64,000 nt of DNA from Parcubacteria group bacterium. GTDB taxonomy: Bacteria; Patescibacteriota; Minisyncoccia; UBA10092. The DNA lies in assembly GCA_016186325.1 (NCBI GenBank), contig JACPLW010000004.1:446-64445 (forward strand), given 5' to 3'. Every line of letters begins with the position of its first letter. The first letter of the stretch is position 1. The position numbers and the translations under genes are program-made. The notes beneath the pieces are model-generated. The model was not told where the DNA came from. It ran no database searches and worked only from the letters and a program-made list of their open reading frames with translations. Shown here piece by piece: positions 1 through 11,109 of the stretch.

Positions 1-2
1 AA

Positions 3-1868
3 GAAAGAGAGAATGAAAAAGAAAATTGGCATATAGGGTATGGCTCGAGAATTCTTTCAGTAATAGCTGATCAGCTTACCGAAGAGGAAAAACAAGTAGC
101 TGAAAAAGCTAAATTTACGATCCGCCCTGATTACGAACCGGAGCCGTCTATAAAAATGGGTGGATTTGCCGGCAGTATAAGGCCGAGAGGCCCGATTACC
201 CAAGAAGCGTTTGGGAAACTTCCAATAGATGACATTGCGAAAAAATTAAGAACCGAATGGAAGCCAGAGAAGTTAAGAGAAGAAAACACAAGTGAAGATT
301 TTCACAACCCTTTAAATGCCGAGGGTGCTGGTGAATTATTGCGTGTAGATATTTCTAAACGACTGCAGGAATATGTAAACAATGCCAACCTCTTTTTTGA
401 ACGAGATGTATTAGACCAGCACTATACTTATTCTTTTCTGCGAGGCGTACAGGAGGTTCTTCGTGGCAATAAAACGGAGGTCAGTGGTATAAATTGGGAT
501 AACTTGGTAGCTCTTTGCGTCACGATAAAGAAATCTGGCGAGACGAAATCTTTCGATAGCGGTAATCGCGAGCGAGATTCCTTTGACGCGTGGCTTTCTG
601 GCTGGACAGGCGTTCATTCTGCTATGACAGATGTTGTCCAAGAGCTGTTGACCGAAGAAAGGGGTGTTAAAATCGACTTTCCTAAATATCGCGATGATCT
701 GTTTGGGGTCATAGGATATCTCCTTTCTTATCCCGATCCAGTCCCCGCCGACGAAGAGCCGAAAACAGCAAAAATGACTACAACGCCTCCCGGCGCAAAA
801 GAACAGATGGTAAGCGATCCCTATTCAATGGCAATCAATACGGTGCGTGGTAGAGCATTTCAGGCCTTCGCATTGTTTATGTATCAAGACGGCAAGAGAT
901 TTTCAAAGGAAGATAAAATAAAAATTTCATCCGATGTTAGGGAGCTATACGAGGCCGTTCTCAAAAAAGAAAATACCCGGGCTCTTATGTTTATGTTTGG
1001 GCATTACTTACCGTCGTTCTACTTCAGAGACAAAGAGTGGATGCAGAGCCTTTTCTCGCAGATTTTTTCTGCAGAGTCAACAAAGAAGAATCTCTATACT
1101 GCAGCATGGGAAGGATATGTTTCAGCCAATCTTTACGAAGAGATATTCTTCAATCTCGATATTCAGAAGTTATACGAACGGGGTCTTGCCCTGACAGATT
1201 CGGACTACCCACAACAAAAGCATTTCAAAGAGCCGGACGAAGGTGTTGCTGTTCATATTGCACTTGCTTTTATGCACTTCTCAAAATTTGGGTTCGATCA
1301 TGATCTTTTCAAAAAATTCTGGAGTATGCCAAACCTGGAATACCATAAAGAATTCATTTCATTTATCGGTCGCCACTCTATTTCACGAGAATCGGCTGCG
1401 GAATGGATAAAATACAATAAAGTCGATATTGAAAAACTTAAGAAGTTCTGGGATTGGGCACTTGAAAATTGCAACGCGGGTGCTCTTACTGGGTTTGGGT
1501 TCTGGATCAATACAGAACGCAGTGCGCTGGATACAAAATGGCTCGCTCAGCACGCACGCCAAACGCTTGATAAAACAAAGGGATATGTTGAGTGGGAATA
1601 TGGATTGATGCGCTCGCTCGCGGCATTTGCAAAAGAGGCGCCGGAAGATACACTTGCCATTTTGCGTGCCCATCTTCTTGAAGAGGTTGCTAAGCACGAG
1701 CCAGTGAGAACATGGCTTCACATGGATGCTGAAGTTTACGACACATTCAAAGAACTTTACAAAAACGAGGCGACAAAAGAGGGGGTGCGCGCACTTATTA
1801 ACGATCTCTTGCCTTATCGCAACGGGATGTTTTGGGGTTTGAAATCGATATTAGACGAAACCAAATAA
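3..1868 (+). CDS. C-terminal part of a large alpha-helical protein (starts upstream of the window); function unknown, possibly a defence-associated scaffold/sensor
   Basis: Frame is open from base 3 through the ATG at 156 to the stop at 1868; Trp/Leu-rich helical sequence, no catalytic motif visible. Confidence 0.75.
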   Translation, partial: ERENEKENWHIGYGSRILSVIADQLTEEEKQVAEKAKFTIRPDYEPEPSIKMGGFAGSIRPRGPITQEAFGKLPIDDIAKKLRTEWKPEKLREENTSEDFHNPLNAEGAGELLRVDISKRLQEYVNNANLFFERDVLDQHYTYSFLRGVQEVLRGNKTEVSGINWDNLVALCVTIKKSGETKSFDSGNRERDSFDAWLSGWTGVHSAMTDVVQELLTEERGVKIDFPKYRDDLFGVIGYLLSYPDPVPADEEPKTAKMTTTPPGAKEQMVSDPYSMAINTVRGRAFQAFALFMYQDGKRFSKEDKIKISSDVRELYEAVLKKENTRALMFMFGHYLPSFYFRDKEWMQSLFSQIFSAESTKKNLYTAAWEGYVSANLYEEIFFNLDIQKLYERGLALTDSDYPQQKHFKEPDEGVAVHIALAFMHFSKFGFDHDLFKKFWSMPNLEYHKEFISFIGRHSISRESAAEWIKYNKVDIEKLKKFWDWALENCNAGALTGFGFWINTERSALDTKWLAQHARQTLDKTKGYVEWEYGLMRSLAAFAKEAPEDTLAILRAHLLEEVAKHEPVRTWLHMDAEVYDTFKELYKNEATKEGVRALINDLLPYRNGMFWGLKSILDETK

Positions 1869-1873
1869 TCTTT

Positions 1874-1987
1874 ATGAACGAAGAAAAAGAGCAGCAAAAA
1901 GAAATAAAAGAAAAATTGGAAAGCGAAGGGCTCGACCCGAAAGAGTTTGACGAAGACGAACAGGAAGAACTCGCCGACCTTCTTTAG
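1874..1987 (+). CDS. 37-aa highly acidic peptide (MNEEKEQQKEIKEKLESEGLDPKEFDEDEQEELADLL)
   Basis: ATG 5 nt after the upstream stop; translated by hand; below ORF-track cutoff. Confidence 0.55.
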   Translation: MNEEKEQQKEIKEKLESEGLDPKEFDEDEQEELADLL

Positions 1988-2041
1988 CCAAGGATGCTTG
2001 TTTTTGTAGCGAAATTGGTATAACAAGTTAATAATAAATAC

Positions 2042-2563
2042 ATGAACAATAAAGCCGAAAAACAAGAGTGGAGAGAAACAAGCTTAAAGGGCCGGATGGC
2101 CGAGTCGTTGGTTTATGATCTGTTAAAAGAATCGGGAAATGAAATATTCAAAATCGGATACGAAGCTATACTACCCGGCCTTGCTCGCATTGAAGAATCG
2201 TTTAAGCGCAATAGTGAGGTTGGCGAGAAGATTCGCTCTATCCCGGATTTCTTTGTGATTGATAAATCGGGGAATCCATATTTAGTCGAGGTCAAATTTA
2301 GGTGGAATCCCGCAGGCCACGAAAATGACGCAAAGAAGCTGGCGCGTATTAAAGATTCTTGGAAAGAGTGCTTTGTATTCTATGTAAACTGTTCCGAGAA
2401 GCCGTATTTCAGGGCAAGCAAATACCCGTTTACTAACGATTCAGGACACCTTATGGTCGAACCAGTACAAAATCTGAAGCTTTTCAATATCACGCAAGAG
2501 CTGTTAGATAAATTTGATGCGTTAGTAGAAAAGTATTTGACCCCAACTCTTCATAAAAAATAA
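2042..2563 (+). CDS. PD-(D/E)xK superfamily nuclease
   Basis: G-x-x-A-E helix (KGRMAE), IPDF and LVEVK motifs in canonical spacing. Confidence 0.75.
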   Translation: MNNKAEKQEWRETSLKGRMAESLVYDLLKESGNEIFKIGYEAILPGLARIEESFKRNSEVGEKIRSIPDFFVIDKSGNPYLVEVKFRWNPAGHENDAKKLARIKDSWKECFVFYVNCSEKPYFRASKYPFTNDSGHLMVEPVQNLKLFNITQELLDKFDALVEKYLTPTLHKK

Positions 2564-2569
2564 ATCAGT

Positions 2570-2737
2570 ATGGTCAAAGTCATACAGAAAAACGACAAAG
2601 AACTATACCAATGCGAGGAGTGCGGTTTTCACTATATCGAGAAAGAATGGGCGGAGAAATGCGAAGCGTGGTGCCGGGAACACAAGAGTTGCAACATCGA
2701 GATCACGGCTCACGCAGAGGAAAATAAGAAGGCGTAA
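2570..2737 (+). CDS. small Cys-rich zinc-finger-like protein, copy 1 (55 aa)
   Basis: MVKVIQKNDKELYQCEECGFHY...KCEAWCREHKSCNIEITAHAEE; near-identical paralogue at 10472. Confidence 0.8.
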   Translation: MVKVIQKNDKELYQCEECGFHYIEKEWAEKCEAWCREHKSCNIEITAHAEENKKA

Positions 2738-3042
2738 TTCTTTGCGCGATTATTGCACATTTCACATCTGATACACTTTTGTCATATATCTGAAATGTGC
2801 CCAGCTCGTCAAATTCGTCTCAATTCGGCTTTATGGGTACAGCTGTGCCCCGGATGGCAAACTCTCGCCACGGGGGCAAACAGCTCGTAATTTGCGGCGT
2901 TTCTACCAGTGATTCACGATTTTGAATGGAGAAATGTTGCCGGGAATCTGCCAAATGGCGGTTCTAAATGCGTGAAGCGCGCGGAGCCAAGAAATACTAC
3001 TTTGTAACTAACACAAGGGATTTGGCGTTTTATTAGTTAATT

Positions 3043-3384
3043 ATGAACATTTCAAGAAAAAAATTTGTTATTTTCTTTATCATTTCTGGGTTTGTCTTTC
3101 TTTTTATCACCACATCACTTTTGGGATCAACAGGTCCCCGAGGATTCCCCAAATACCCAGACTCTTTCCTGGGAACGGCGTCACCAACAACCTGGAAGAA
3201 TACCATATCAACAATTATACTACCTATAAAAATTGTTTTAATAGGACCTTTGTTGCTTTCTACCGATTTTTTGCGGGATGATCCACCACCCCCATTTATT
3301 GGTATCTATCTCATTTTCTACTGGGCGATTCTTGCCTCAATTATTCATTATTTTCTAGGTAAAATAAAACACTCCTATTTTTGA
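3043..3384 (+). CDS. hypothetical membrane protein
   Basis: 113-aa ORF with 2-3 hydrophobic segments. Confidence 0.65.
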   Translation: MNISRKKFVIFFIISGFVFLFITTSLLGSTGPRGFPKYPDSFLGTASPTTWKNTISTIILPIKIVLIGPLLLSTDFLRDDPPPPFIGIYLIFYWAILASIIHYFLGKIKHSYF

Positions 3385-3422
3385 TTTTTTATAAGTTTTA
3401 TGCTAGTGTATTATTTGAATAA

Positions 3423-3995
3423 ATGAAAAACTTTACGGATGAAAAATTAGTCCAGATATATTTAAGGGGCGATGAAAAAGCGCTAGAAGAGCTTGTCCGG
3501 CGTTATTTGCCGCTGATTTATAATTTTTCGCGCCGGTACAATGGCGATACCGATAATGTTTCTGATATCGCTCAAGAAGTTTTTGTTAAAGTTTGGAAAA
3601 ATTTAAAGAAGTTTGATCAATCTAAAAATTTTAAATTATGGATATTTACTATCGCCAAAAATACCGCACTAGACTGGCTTAAAAAGAAAAACGCTGTGCC
3701 GTTTTCATTACTTCAAGAATACAATAATGATGAAAACTTTGAAGAAACTATTGCCGATTTGAACCAACTGCCGGTAATTGAAAAGATTTATAAAGAATCG
3801 CTTTCGCGCAACCTGACGTTGGCTGTAGGCAAACTCCAACCGAAGTACAGCCAAATTATAAATCTTTACCACAGAAAAGATCTCAATTTTCGGGAAATAT
3901 CTGTCATTTTGAATGAATCTATAAATACAGTCAAAAGCCGCTACAGAAGGGGCCTGTCTCTTCTTAGAAAAATAGTGCCAAAAGACCTCCTATAA
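3423..3995 (+). CDS. ECF-type RNA polymerase sigma-70 factor
   Basis: Region 2 (DIAQEVFVKVW...FKLWIFTIAKN) and region 4 (EISVILNESINTVKSRYRRG). Confidence 0.92.
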   Translation: MKNFTDEKLVQIYLRGDEKALEELVRRYLPLIYNFSRRYNGDTDNVSDIAQEVFVKVWKNLKKFDQSKNFKLWIFTIAKNTALDWLKKKNAVPFSLLQEYNNDENFEETIADLNQLPVIEKIYKESLSRNLTLAVGKLQPKYSQIINLYHRKDLNFREISVILNESINTVKSRYRRGLSLLRKIVPKDLL

Positions 3996-4010
3996 AATGG
4001 AGGTCTTTTG
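3979..4010 (+). terminator. intrinsic terminator overlapping the sigma stop
   Basis: caaaagacctcc-N8-ggaggtcttttg 12-bp stem followed by T-rich sequence. Confidence 0.6.
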
Positions 4011-4060
4011 TTTAAAACGCACCAAAACGCATGGGCTAATCGTATTTATAGCGGAAGCCC

Positions 4061-4492
4061 ATGTTTACGAACAAACATAATTCTCCTGAAAAGCCGCCCA
4101 AGCGGCTTTTTGGGATGATTATGGGGCGTTTAAAACTAGAAAAAAGCTTAAAAATATTTAAAGAAAAATTTTCGGTTTCTCTGACAGCGCTGATGATTTC
4201 TGCTGTGCTAATAATCGCTTCATTTATTTTATTTCACTCTGAACTCTCAGAATCAGAATCTGCCTCTTTTCTCTCACTGATATTTTCGGACACTTTTGCA
4301 GTTATCTTGTATTACCAATATTTTGCTCTCGCCGTTTTAGAATCTATGCCTATTGTGTCGATAAACGCTTCTCTTGCCGCGATTCTTTTACTCATGATCG
4401 CGCTTAGGTTGGCCATCCGATATTACAGCAAAATTTCAACGTTAAATAAATTAATTAACCCTCCTTCGCATAAAGCTACGGATGGCAAGTAA
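4061..4492 (+). CDS. membrane protein, probable anti-sigma factor
   Basis: Directly downstream of ECF sigma; soluble N-terminus plus 2-3 TM segments. Confidence 0.6.
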   Translation: MFTNKHNSPEKPPKRLFGMIMGRLKLEKSLKIFKEKFSVSLTALMISAVLIIASFILFHSELSESESASFLSLIFSDTFAVILYYQYFALAVLESMPIVSINASLAAILLLMIALRLAIRYYSKISTLNKLINPPSHKATDGK

Positions 4493-4496
4493 AAAA

Positions 4497-5021
4497 ATGG
4501 ATATAAAAAACATAATTCAATCAAGAACTTATAAAATCGCTGCTATATCGCTTGCAGCCGTTTTCGTGCTGTTTTTAACTTTTAGCGCGGGCATGCGCGT
4601 TGGTTTTCGCAAGGCGATATTTTCCTATAAGTGGGGTGAAAATTATCACAATAATTTTTCCGGTCCGCGCGGCGGAATGTTGCGCGGCGCGTTTAGGGAT
4701 TTCGGTGGAAAAGATTTTATTGACTCGCACGGCGCGACTGGACAAATTTTAAAAATTGATCCTTCAATAGGCTCAGGACAGGCGGAAGTAGTCATCAAAG
4801 GACAGGATGGTGTGGAAAAGATAATTATCGTAAAAGAAGACACATCTATCGTGCGTTTGCGGGAAGCCATAAAGGCATCCGATCTCAAAGTTGACGAAGC
4901 CATTACCGTAATCGGCTCTCCGACCGACGATGGCAAGATTGAAGCGAAATTTATAAGAGTTTTGCCGGAACCCGGAGCGATTATGCCGTTTAAGGGAATA
5001 AAGAATAAAATAAAAATATGA
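4497..5021 (+). CDS. single-TM protein with OB-fold-like (DUF5666-like) domain
   Basis: N-terminal TM, DLKVDEAITVIG...G.IEA.FIR; likely start ATG 4497. Confidence 0.65.
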   Translation: MDIKNIIQSRTYKIAAISLAAVFVLFLTFSAGMRVGFRKAIFSYKWGENYHNNFSGPRGGMLRGAFRDFGGKDFIDSHGATGQILKIDPSIGSGQAEVVIKGQDGVEKIIIVKEDTSIVRLREAIKASDLKVDEAITVIGSPTDDGKIEAKFIRVLPEPGAIMPFKGIKNKIKI

Positions 5022-6781
5022 ATTTTATTTTTCGCGCTATAAACATGTTGAATTATTTTCCCCGGATCAATGGTTTTATTAGCCGCGTTAAGAATATGGC
5101 GATGAGGCATAAAGTTTGGGCGTTGTTTTTCGCCATGATTATTTTGGGCGGCGGCTATTACGGTTATAGAGCAATTTTTAATAGCGGCGAATCGGTCCGT
5201 TATGTAACTGCGGCGGCTGAAAAAGGCACACTTATCGTCTCCATTTCCGGAAGCGGCCAGGTTTCCGCCACCCAACAAGTAGATGTCAAAGCCAAAGTCT
5301 CAAGCGATGTGATTTACGTTAATGTCAAGGCCGGACAATACGTAGCCGCCGGAACACTTTTAGCCCAGCTTTACGCACGCGACGCGCAAAAAGCCGTAAG
5401 AGACGCGGAAACAAATCTTGAAACTGCTCAATTAAATTACGACCAGATTACCGGCTCTATAGCCGGCATAAGGGGCAACAAAGAAAAGGATTCAGAAAGT
5501 TTAGCTAAGGCATATGATGACGGATTTAACGCCGTATCCAATGCATTTGCCGATCTTCCAAATATAATGACCGGTCTCAACACCGTTTTGATAAATAAAG
5601 ATTTTGACCAGGGCCAATGGAACATTGATTATTACGCCGATGCCGTCCGGCTATACGACGAAGATATTTCTATTATTCGCGATGAAACCTACGCGAAGTA
5701 CAAAGCCGCCCGCGAAGCGTATGATAAAAATTTGATTGATTACAAAACGGCGTCGCGGTTTTCCAGCGTGGCAGAAATTGAAGCCCTTATAAATCAGACA
5801 TATGAAACCAGCCGTTTAGTTTCCGAAGCAGTCAAAAGCGCTTCCAATTTTGTTCAGATATATAAAGATAAAATGACGGAAGCGAATCGCCAGCCGAAGG
5901 CGCTTGCCGATACTCATCTTTCAAATCTTAATAGTTTTGTTAGTAAAGCCAACAGTTCAATTCAAAGTTTATATTCTGTAAAAAACGCTATTTTAAACGG
6001 AAAAGAATCTCTCGTTAGCGTTGAGTTTGATGTTCGATCCGCAAAAATCCAGCTGGACAAAGCGAAGGACGCGCTTACAGATGCCAAGGAAAAACTTGCC
6101 GAGTATTATGTACGAGCGCCGTTTAGCGGCATAGTAGCCAAAGTGAATGTTAAGGCCGGCGATACATCCGTTTCTGCCATTGCTACTTTGATAACCAATC
6201 AGAAAGTCGCGGAAGTATCTCTTAACGAAATTGACGTCGCCAAAGTAAAAGCTGGACAAAAAGCCACACTTACTTTTGACGCAGTTCCCGACCTTACGAT
6301 TACCGGACAAGTCGCGGAAGTGGACGCGGTTGGGGCTGTATCACAAGGCGTTGTCACTTACACCGTAAAAATCTCTTTTGATACTCAAGACGACCGTATT
6401 AAGCCAGGAATGAGCGTATCGGCGGCAATTATCACAGAGGCAAAACCAAATGTACTTCTTGTGCCGAATTCAGCGGTGAAATCTCAAGGCGGAGTGAGTT
6501 ATGTGGAAATTATCAGTGGTGATGATAAAAATTTGGCACTCTTGGCAAGTGCGGGCGGAGCAATTATTAAAAATTCTCCAAGCCGTCAGCAGATTGAAAT
6601 TGGAATGACAGGCGATGAATTTACTGAAATTTTAAGCGGCCTCAATGAAGGAGATGTGATCGTAACAAGAACGATTCAGCCAACCGCCGCTCAAACAACA
6701 CAGACACAGCAAAACTCTTCTCTTAGAATCCCCGGTCTTGGTGGCGGAGGTGGCGGAGGTGGCAACATGCGAATACGTTAA
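5018..6781 (+). CDS. efflux membrane-fusion/periplasmic adaptor subunit (MacA/HlyD-like) with long coiled coil
   Basis: N-terminal TM, VKAGQYV and RAPFSGIV lipoyl halves, IKPGMSV, GLNEGDVIV. Confidence 0.9.
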   Translation: MNFIFRAINMLNYFPRINGFISRVKNMAMRHKVWALFFAMIILGGGYYGYRAIFNSGESVRYVTAAAEKGTLIVSISGSGQVSATQQVDVKAKVSSDVIYVNVKAGQYVAAGTLLAQLYARDAQKAVRDAETNLETAQLNYDQITGSIAGIRGNKEKDSESLAKAYDDGFNAVSNAFADLPNIMTGLNTVLINKDFDQGQWNIDYYADAVRLYDEDISIIRDETYAKYKAAREAYDKNLIDYKTASRFSSVAEIEALINQTYETSRLVSEAVKSASNFVQIYKDKMTEANRQPKALADTHLSNLNSFVSKANSSIQSLYSVKNAILNGKESLVSVEFDVRSAKIQLDKAKDALTDAKEKLAEYYVRAPFSGIVAKVNVKAGDTSVSAIATLITNQKVAEVSLNEIDVAKVKAGQKATLTFDAVPDLTITGQVAEVDAVGAVSQGVVTYTVKISFDTQDDRIKPGMSVSAAIITEAKPNVLLVPNSAVKSQGGVSYVEIISGDDKNLALLASAGGAIIKNSPSRQQIEIGMTGDEFTEILSGLNEGDVIVTRTIQPTAAQTTQTQQNSSLRIPGLGGGGGGGGNMRIR

Positions 6782-6795
6782 AATTTTCTTAGCGT

Positions 6796-7506
6796 ATGAT
6801 TGAATGTAAAAACATTACCAAAACATACAAGAGCGGAGAAATAGAAACTCACGCCCTCAAAAACGCTTCGTTCAAAATAAACGACGGGGAGTTCGTGGCC
6901 ATCATGGGGCCTTCTGGTTCCGGCAAATCAACGCTCATGCATATCATTGGATGTTTAGATACGCCAACAAGCGGCGAGTATTTGCTTGATAATAAAGATA
7001 TTTCAAAGCTTACAGGTGACGAGCTTGCCGATATTCGCATTCAAAAGATTGGTTTTGTGTTTCAGGCATTCAATCTTCTGCCAAGAGCGACCGTATTAAG
7101 AAATGTGATGCTTCCGCTTGTCTATGCCGGCGTATCCAAAGAAGAAAGAGAAAGTAGGGCAAAGGAAGCTCTGCGCGGATCGGCATTTCCAGAGGATTTT
7201 TGGAATCACTATTCAAACCAGCTCTCTGGAGGAATGATGCAAAGGGTCGCCATTGCCAGAGCTCTTGTTAATAATCCGACGCTTGTACTTGCCGATGAGC
7301 CAACGGGAAATCTTGATACCAAAACTGGCGAAATGGTGCTTGAAACCTTTCAGCAGCTTCATAAAGAACAGGGCCGGACGATTGTGCTTATCACTCATGA
7401 GTCATACGTAGCCGAGCATGCCGAGCGCATCATTAATATTCGCGATGGTAATATTGTGGAAGATAATAAGGTGAAAAATCGTCGAGTAATAAATAACCTT
7501 ATATGA
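6796..7506 (+). CDS. ABC transporter ATP-binding protein (LolD/MacB NBD family)
   Basis: [33 protein letters not shown]. Confidence 0.95.
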   Translation: MIECKNITKTYKSGEIETHALKNASFKINDGEFVAIMGPSGSGKSTLMHIIGCLDTPTSGEYLLDNKDISKLTGDELADIRIQKIGFVFQAFNLLPRATVLRNVMLPLVYAGVSKEERESRAKEALRGSAFPEDFWNHYSNQLSGGMMQRVAIARALVNNPTLVLADEPTGNLDTKTGEMVLETFQQLHKEQGRTIVLITHESYVAEHAERIINIRDGNIVEDNKVKNRRVINNLI

Positions 7507-8720
7507 AATTTCAAGACATTCTTCAAGAAACATATGCCGCTCTTTCGGCAAACAAAGTAAGATCCGGTCTTACGATGCTTGGTATTGTTATTGGCATTGG
7601 ATCGGTTATTGCCATGGTTTCCATCGGACAGGGCGCGTCTGGACAGATTCAATCAAGCATCGAAGGGCTTGGCTCAAATCTTTTAACCGTAATGCCCGGA
7701 TTTATCCAGCCTGGCAGAGGCATTGTATCCTCCGGCCGAGGATCGGCGCAGACGCTCAGCAATGACGATGTAGGAGTGCTTCGGCAAATTGCCAATGTCT
7801 CGTATGTTTCTCCAGAACTTCAAAGAAGATTTCAAATTGTCGCTTCTGGCAATAACACTAACTCTACCATAATTGGAATAGAACCAGATTACGCGCAAGT
7901 CCGTAATATCACATTATCCGATGGTTCGTTTATAAATGAAGCGCAGGTAAGAAGTTTAAGCCGAGTAGCAGTGCTTGGTCCCACTGTAGCGCTTGACCTT
8001 TTCGGAGAAGGCAACGACCCTATCGGTAAAACTATTCGTATCAACAAAATAAATTTCAAAGTTATCGGCGTCTCACAATCTAAAGGAAGCGCGGGGTTTT
8101 TTAATCCTGACGATACAGTTTTTGTGCCGCTTACCACCATGCAAAAAATACTTGCCGGTGCAGATTTTCTTTCAACTATTGCAATCAGCGTAGATAGCAA
8201 AGATTTAATGCCGCAGGTACAGGAAGAAGCTACTTTCGCGCTTGCCGAAAAACACCACATTGATCCGCAAAGTCCGGATTTCTCTATTATTTCGCAGGCG
8301 GATATTATTGGAACGCTCACGCAAGTCACGGATACTTTTACTATTTTTCTCGCCGCGGTTGCCGGCATTTCTCTTATTGTCGGCGGTATTGGAATTATGA
8401 ATATGATGCTTACTACCGTTACGGAAAGAACGCGAGAGATTGGACTTCGCAAGGCAATCGGCGCGAAAAGCAGTCATATCACAATGCAGTTTCTCGCGGA
8501 AGCGGTTATGCTTACTTTCTTGGGCGGGATTATAGGTGTCGCGCTTGGCTGGGCTATTTCTTTTGCTGTTTCCAGTTTTGCCAGTATTGCAACCAGTGTT
8601 TCAATATCCTCAATTCTTCTTGCTTTTGGAGTATCTGCGGCGATTGGAATTATTTTCGGATATTATCCGGCGCGACGAGCGGCAAGTTTAAATCCTATTG
8701 AAGCGTTAAGATATGAATAA
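7503..8720 (+). CDS. ABC transporter permease (MacB/FtsX family)
   Basis: RSGLTMLGIVIG, GGIGIMNMML..V.ERTREIGLRKAIGA, PIEALRYE. Confidence 0.95.
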   Translation: MKFQDILQETYAALSANKVRSGLTMLGIVIGIGSVIAMVSIGQGASGQIQSSIEGLGSNLLTVMPGFIQPGRGIVSSGRGSAQTLSNDDVGVLRQIANVSYVSPELQRRFQIVASGNNTNSTIIGIEPDYAQVRNITLSDGSFINEAQVRSLSRVAVLGPTVALDLFGEGNDPIGKTIRINKINFKVIGVSQSKGSAGFFNPDDTVFVPLTTMQKILAGADFLSTIAISVDSKDLMPQVQEEATFALAEKHHIDPQSPDFSIISQADIIGTLTQVTDTFTIFLAAVAGISLIVGGIGIMNMMLTTVTERTREIGLRKAIGAKSSHITMQFLAEAVMLTFLGGIIGVALGWAISFAVSSFASIATSVSISSILLAFGVSAAIGIIFGYYPARRAASLNPIEALRYE

Positions 8721-8774
8721 TTAAAAATAATTGTAACCCTCCTTCGCATAAAGCTACGGAGGGCGAAGAAAAAT

Positions 8775-9206
8775 ATGAATAAACAAATTATTGCGATAAT
8801 CGCGGTTGCGGCTATAGCTCTAGGAGGTTCTTTTTATGGCGGAATGAAGTATGTCCAAAGCAAGGGCTTATCTTCTGGTCGTGGAGCGGCGGCATTTGCC
8901 AATTTGTCACCCGAAGAACGCCAAGCCAGAATGCAGCAATTCGGAGTAGGCGCTGGCGGCGTGCGCAGCGGAACTCAAGGCGGGGGTTTTGTCAGCGGTG
9001 AGATAATTGCCAGCGATAGCAAAAGCGTCACAGTCAAACTTCGCGATGGCGGTTCAAAAATAATTTTCTTTTCCGACAGTGCCGAAATCGGTAAATTTGT
9101 CACCGGAGCCGTGAGCGATCTTGCGGTAGGCAAAACGGTAAATGTGATGGGTAAAACCAATTCCGACGGCAGTATTACCGCGCAATCAATTCAGATAAGA
9201 CCGTAA
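8775..9206 (+). CDS. single-TM protein with OB-fold-like (DUF5666-like) domain
   Basis: N-terminal TM, DLAVGKTVNVMG...DGSITAQSIQIR. Confidence 0.7.
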   Translation: MNKQIIAIIAVAAIALGGSFYGGMKYVQSKGLSSGRGAAAFANLSPEERQARMQQFGVGAGGVRSGTQGGGFVSGEIIASDSKSVTVKLRDGGSKIIFFSDSAEIGKFVTGAVSDLAVGKTVNVMGKTNSDGSITAQSIQIRP

Positions 9207-9529
9207 AGTCTTTTTTGAGGATTTCTTTATTGGCACCATCAATGTATCATAACCTTACTACCGCTTTCATCGCCTCTCTCAACAAACAAAACTGATTCCA
9301 TAAATTCATCATATATTCCTTATCGGAAAGGATGGTTATAATATTATGGTCGGGGAGCCAAATTGGATGATACTAGTTCACCGCCTCGGGGCTTTGCTCG
9401 GCGGAACACTTGGTCATGGCGGAGAGGAGAGAGAGAGGGGGGGGGGGAGGAATTCCGCCGCGTTCTTGCAAAAAAATGAAAATCTATCGAGGTTGAACCT
9501 CGATAGGCAGGATGTGGTATAATTGAATT

Positions 9530-9724
9530 ATGAAAACGAAAACATATTTTATTACGGTCTTGACCGTGTTTGTTGTTGTGGCATCGGTGCATTTTTTGCG
9601 GATCGTTTTTGGCTGGTCCGCGCGTATCGGAGCTCGGGATGTGCCAATGTGGGTGAGCTGGTTGGCGGTGATTATCGCGGGCACTCTTGCGTATCACGGT
9701 TTCCGTTTACAAAAAAGAAGTTAG
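9530..9724 (+). CDS. small two-TM membrane protein
   Basis: 64 aa, two hydrophobic helices, TGTGGTATAAT extended -10 upstream. Confidence 0.65.
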   Translation: MKTKTYFITVLTVFVVVASVHFLRIVFGWSARIGARDVPMWVSWLAVIIAGTLAYHGFRLQKRS

Positions 9725-9730
9725 TTGCCC

Positions 9731-10444
<714 letters not shown>

Positions 10445-10471
10445 AGGGGTGAATCAACTTAATAAAAAATC

Positions 10472-10660
10472 ATGGTCAAGGTTATTCAACAAAATGACAA
10501 GGAGCTATACCAATGCCCGGAATGCGGTTTTCACTATGCCGAAATGGATTGGGCGGAGAAATGCGAGGCGTGGTGCCGGGAGCACAAAAGTTGCAATATC
10601 GAGATCACGGCTCACGCAGAGGAAAATAAAAGGCCGGCAGAGTATCCACCGGCTTCTTGA
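10472..10660 (+). CDS. small Cys-rich (CPxCG) zinc-finger-like protein, copy 2
   Basis: YQCPECGFHY...KCEAWCREHKSC; paralogue of 2570..2737. Confidence 0.8.
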   Translation: MVKVIQQNDKELYQCPECGFHYAEMDWAEKCEAWCREHKSCNIEITAHAEENKRPAEYPPAS

Positions 10661-10733
10661 ACTCTTCAAATTCGAGTCAATTCGGCTTTATGCGTACAAA
10701 GCTGTGCCCCCCGGTGGCGGCCTCTGTCGGGTT

Positions 10734-11108
10734 TTACTGGGCGTATTCGTTGATGCTTACGGCTGAAGTTCCGTCAACTTCTACGATCTTGTAGCGGATC
10801 GTTGCCGATAGATCGGACTTCTGAAGGTCTGGGTAATAGTCCTTTAGGCCGTTGAATGCGGCTTCCGCGTCTTCAAAGCCATCGGCTCGGGCTTCTTCAT
10901 TGGTCAGTTCGCTGAAAGGTTTCTTTTCGGTATCAGCAGTGACCTGCAAAAGGATATTAAGGCCATCCTTGAACTCGCCTCGAATGACCTCACCTTTTAC
11001 AAAATCGTGTGAACCGGTGCGATATTTGCGGAGCGTAATCTGCTTATCGCCCGTAAGCGTTGGTGACATAAGTCCTTCGCCGAAAATCAGTCGCTTCATT
11101 TCGGTCAT
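10734..11108 (-). CDS. ASCH-domain (PUA-like) protein
   Basis: GDKQITLR motif and ELTNEEARADGF; AGGAGG upstream of ATG 11108. Confidence 0.8.
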   Translation of the reverse strand: MTEMKRLIFGEGLMSPTLTGDKQITLRKYRTGSHDFVKGEVIRGEFKDGLNILLQVTADTEKKPFSELTNEEARADGFEDAEAAFNGLKDYYPDLQKSDLSATIRYKIVEVDGTSAVSINEYAQ

Positions 11109-11109
11109 T

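Noticed and set aside
9350-9480. GC-rich stretch with polypurine/G-run as a defined ncRNA or G-quadruplex switch
   Set aside because: Some hairpins are visible but no recognisable family or second copy in the window; homopolymer length may be unreliable.
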